Positions 60,657-64,000 of a stretch of DNA of 64,000 bases are shown in pieces. This DNA comes from an uncultured Pseudanabaenaceae cyanobacterium (GTDB lineage Bacteria; Cyanobacteriota; Cyanobacteriia; PCC-9006; JAAUQQ01): NCBI GenBank assembly GCA_938002085.1, contig CALLAT010000009.1:75450-139449 (forward strand), in the 5' to 3' direction. Under the pieces are notes generated by a model. It saw only the letters and a program-made list of their open reading frames with translations. It made no database searches and was not told the DNA's origin. A program made the translations under genes and the position numbers. The stretch's first letter is position 1. Each line of letters begins with the position of its first letter.

Positions 60657-62594
60657 TTAACCTTCGCCGTCTTGCAGATAGGCTTCCAGCGCTGCCGCTG
60701 CCAAATCCCGCAGGGACTTGCCTTCTGCATCAGCTTTTTCCTTCAGGCGATCGTGGAGTGTAGGCGACAGCTCAACCCGCCAGCGCTTACGAGACGCGCC
60801 CTTCTTCGCCGTCTTAAAGGCATCGGGATTGGCTTTGTATTCTTCAGAGAAGGACCGTAGGGCATCGAAGCCCACGCGATCGCAGAAGTCTCCAAAGCTC
60901 TCACTGCGCTTGCGATCGCGCTTGAACTGCACAAACATCGGCTCCAGCTCAGCCTCAATCTCCGTCTCCTGCAACTTCTGCATATAGGGACGGGCCAAGC
61001 GAGTCTGGTTGGGGCAACCGCCGAGCCAGAGCTGGTAAGCATCATTGGCACTGCCAACGAAGCCGACTTCCGCCATATAGGGACGAGCGCAACCGTTGGG
61101 GCAACCCGTCATGCGAACAACGAAATGCTCATCCTTGGACAGGCCAACTTTGGTCATCGTTCCGCGAATGCGTTCCAGGATTCCAGGAATTGCCCGCTCC
61201 GACTCAATCATGGCCAAGCCACAAGTGGGCAGGGCCGGGCAGGCCATGGCGTAGCGTTCCAGCGGATCAACATCCGTTTCCTTGGCGACGCCGTGGCTAT
61301 CGAGAATGCCCTGGATGGTGTCCTTATCCTTGGGGTCAATCTCGTAAATGATGGCGTTGTGGTTAGCGGTTAGACGCGTGGGCAGGTGGAACTGCTCGAT
61401 GATCTTGCGCAGGGCCGCTTTGAGCCTAAAATTGCCCTCGTCCTTGACGCGACCATTGGCAATATTGATGCCCAGGAACAGCTTGCCATCGCCCTGATCG
61501 TTCCAGCCCAGGTAGTCCTCGTACTTGAAGGCCACCGTGGACTTGCTGGGTTGAATCTTCTTGCCGAAGTACTCTTCCAGCTTGGCGGTGAATTTTTCCA
61601 CGCCCCAGTCGTGCAGCAGGTACTTCATGCGGGCATGGCGACGGTTGACGCGATCGCCATAGTCCCGCTGGGTGCAAAGAATCGCCTTAACCAGGTCGTA
61701 GATATCCTCGGTGGCAACAAAGCCAATCGGATCCGCAGCCCGAGCAAAGGTCTCTTCCTTATTATGGGTGCGACCCAAGCCACCACCGGCATAGACGTTG
61801 AAGCCGAGGTGCTTGCCATCCTTGTCGCAAATCACCACCAGGCCAATGTCCTGGGTGAGGATATCGATGGAGTTATCGCCGGGCACCGTTACCGCAATTT
61901 TGAACTTGCGGGGCATGTAGTAGGTGCCGTAAAGGGGCTCCTCGCTGCCGTGCTTGATTGTGCCGTTGCCATTGCGCTGGCGAGCAGCTTTGACTTCGGG
62001 ATCTTCTTCTGCACTAATGGCCTTCTCGCCATCGAGCCAAATTTCGTAGTAAGCGCCGGTTTGAGGCGTTAGTAGATCGGCGATGTTATCGGCGTATTTC
62101 CAGGCCAGCTGGTAGTCCAGGCGATTCTTATAAGGCGCTGGCGGTGCCATGACGTTGCGGTTGAGATCACCGCAGGCTCCCAAGGTGGAGCCCATGTTCT
62201 TGATGATCGTGGAGATCACCGTTTTGATGTCTTTCTTGGGGATGCCATGGAGCTGGAATCCCTGGCGTGTGGTGATGCGCAGATTGCCGCAGCCAATATC
62301 GTCGGACATGGTATCCATGGCCAAGTACAGCTCTGGCGGAATGAAGCCCCCCGGATTGCGGGTGCGCAGCATCATGCTGTAGTCCTTCTCCTGGCCTGGC
62401 ACGCGCTTGAGGTCGCGATCGCTCTGCTGGTAGAAGCCGTGGAATTTGATGATTTGGGTCGCGTCTTTGCTGAAGTGGGTGGTGTCTTGCTTCAGCTCGG
62501 TGGCGACGGGCTCGCGCAGGAAATTACTGCGCTCCTTGATGCCCTCAAGTTTAGATTTTTTTTGCTCGGTGGATGCAGTAGCTGCTGGGGACAT
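60657..62594 (-). CDS. sir: Ferredoxin-dependent sulfite reductase
   Basis: [52 protein letters not shown]. Confidence 0.96.
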   Translation of the reverse strand: MSPAATASTEQKKSKLEGIKERSNFLREPVATELKQDTTHFSKDATQIIKFHGFYQQSDRDLKRVPGQEKDYSMMLRTRNPGGFIPPELYLAMDTMSDDIGCGNLRITTRQGFQLHGIPKKDIKTVISTIIKNMGSTLGACGDLNRNVMAPPAPYKNRLDYQLAWKYADNIADLLTPQTGAYYEIWLDGEKAISAEEDPEVKAARQRNGNGTIKHGSEEPLYGTYYMPRKFKIAVTVPGDNSIDILTQDIGLVVICDKDGKHLGFNVYAGGGLGRTHNKEETFARAADPIGFVATEDIYDLVKAILCTQRDYGDRVNRRHARMKYLLHDWGVEKFTAKLEEYFGKKIQPSKSTVAFKYEDYLGWNDQGDGKLFLGINIANGRVKDEGNFRLKAALRKIIEQFHLPTRLTANHNAIIYEIDPKDKDTIQGILDSHGVAKETDVDPLERYAMACPALPTCGLAMIESERAIPGILERIRGTMTKVGLSKDEHFVVRMTGCPNGCARPYMAEVGFVGSANDAYQLWLGGCPNQTRLARPYMQKLQETEIEAELEPMFVQFKRDRKRSESFGDFCDRVGFDALRSFSEEYKANPDAFKTAKKGASRKRWRVELSPTLHDRLKEKADAEGKSLRDLAAAALEAYLQDGEG

Positions 62595-62829
62595 GATGGC
62601 TCTGAGATGGAGGAGAAATGGCCAGTCGAGGCCATAGCTAGACAGGTCGAATCGCTGACAGACCAGTTCTCAAGGCTGTGGGGCAAGGCTGGGGAGCATT
62701 GCGCCTTTGGGAGCCTCAGGTCAATCAGTGCTAATGACGACAGATTTAAATCCTAACATTGGATCCCAGCTAGAGAACATTTCCCTCACTGAAGTTTGGG
62801 AAACGCAATCCAAACCTCGACTTTAGGGG

Positions 62830-63711
62830 CTATTTCCGCGTGACAGTGACTGCTAGGGCTGCTTCTTGGGGCTGGGGAGCATCGCTGCCGATGTCCCAGG
62901 TTGCGGATTCTAGGGTGATCTCATCGACCTGGGATTCGATGCCGTAGCTCTGTTGAAAGGCGCGGGTTTCGCCAGGGGCGAGTTGGCTTTGGCTCAGGGC
63001 CAGGGGGGCTTGGAAGTGCCCGGCAGCATTACCGTCACGGTGGCTGTAGGTGAGGGCGATCGCGGATATGGGCTGCTGAGTTCGGTTGGTTATGCAACCG
63101 GTTAGTAAATCCTCTCCATTTCTGGATTCGATTTGGAGGTCGCTGAGCAAAATGTCAGCACTGCCGGGGGCTGCCACCTGGCAATCCGCCGGGCTCACGG
63201 CGGCACTGGCATTGCGTTCCTGGGGGGAGCGTCGATGGGCCAAACCGGTCTCTGGGAGACGCTCTGCCATGGCTAGGCTGGGGACTGAGCCCTCTGCACT
63301 GGCGCGTCGCACTTGGCCTAGGGCACCATTCAAACGTTTTTCGTAGTCGATGATCTTGGCCCGAGCCGAACTGTACATGGGGCTGCCCTGGGGGATGGCC
63401 TTGAGGAAGTTCAGGGCTCGCTCCCAGCTCATGGCGGCTCGTTCCCAGTCGCGGGGAGTGCGAGCCCGATCTGCGGCATGTTGAGCATCGCCACCCAATG
63501 CCACTGCTGCGTTGTAGAGCGCATTGGGGTCGGGGAGGGTCGCTGCTTCTACTGCTGCGGTTTCTCCGATGATGGCTCCATAGCCTAGACCTAAGTTTTT
63601 AGAGTCCCCTTCCTTGACATGACTCGATAATTTTGTTTCTTCACAACCACTCAGCAGAAAGATGAGTGACCCCGATGCGATCGGCACCAAACGACGAAGG
63701 TTTAGCGTCAT
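62830..63711 (-). CDS. Putative lipoprotein with TPR-like helices and C-terminal FxLYD-like domain
   Basis: Lipobox LLSGC; WERA helices; C-terminal G.ITN...LAPGETRAF. Confidence 0.7.
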   Translation of the reverse strand: MTLNLRRLVPIASGSLIFLLSGCEETKLSSHVKEGDSKNLGLGYGAIIGETAAVEAATLPDPNALYNAAVALGGDAQHAADRARTPRDWERAAMSWERALNFLKAIPQGSPMYSSARAKIIDYEKRLNGALGQVRRASAEGSVPSLAMAERLPETGLAHRRSPQERNASAAVSPADCQVAAPGSADILLSDLQIESRNGEDLLTGCITNRTQQPISAIALTYSHRDGNAAGHFQAPLALSQSQLAPGETRAFQQSYGIESQVDEITLESATWDIGSDAPQPQEAALAVTVTRK

Positions 63712-64000
63712 AGATTTATTTGTAAGCGAAGCGAAGTTGGGAACATCTACAGGCTGCGAGGGGAGGGGGAAACCGCAGGGCTATAGCGTGGTTGACTGGC
63801 TCTAACCACGTAATCTTCAATGTTCCCTGGTATTCCGCAAAAAACGCAGACTTGTCCCAGCAACAAACCTTGCCTGGATAGAAAAATGTCGATTCCTAAG
63901 ATGAGAGTAATGCAATCGTGGAATTCACCGATTTTGAATCTGAATCTTATTTCATTTAAGTGTGGTTTAGGCCAGGAATAATCATAGGAAGAGAAATGCC

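Noticed and set aside
60182..60763. Several short ORFs in the bicA-sir spacer
   Set aside because: They are translations of the microsatellite and REP element with no coding signature.

Overview
Cyanobacterial chromosomal window, identified by abundant HIP1 GCGATCGC sites, psaC, bicA, ferredoxin-dependent sir and devBCA. In order it holds: the 3' part of a 2-Cys peroxiredoxin, tRNA-Ser(GGA), dnaK3-dnaJ, a perR / type-II peroxiredoxin / DDOR-like flavoprotein cluster, htpX, devBCA, a sigma-like protein, a TPR protein and a multi-PAS kinase. A ~22-kb mosaic surface-glycan locus follows (18.5-40.8 kb; partly AT-rich and HIP1-poor; Wzm/Wzt, Gmd, many glycosyl- and methyltransferases). The rest is glmS, psaC, acpP-fabF-tkt, a CDF transporter, a variable region behind aspS, a GNAT, two tandem PEP-CTERM genes, bicA, sir and a lipoprotein. 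Most notable non-annotated structure: (1) a second copy of the aspS 3' end with mostly synonymous differences and its own covarying hairpin, bracketing a cargo gene with no integrase visible; (2) conserved palindromic operators upstream of, and a conserved structured element downstream of, both PEP-CTERM paralogs; (3) a GTAG-type REP doublet (REPIN-like) between bicA and sir; (4) a prion-like G/Y/Q tail on DnaK3; (5) a ribbon-helix-helix tail on sulfite reductase. All calls come from reading the sequence and recognising motifs; no database search was run.
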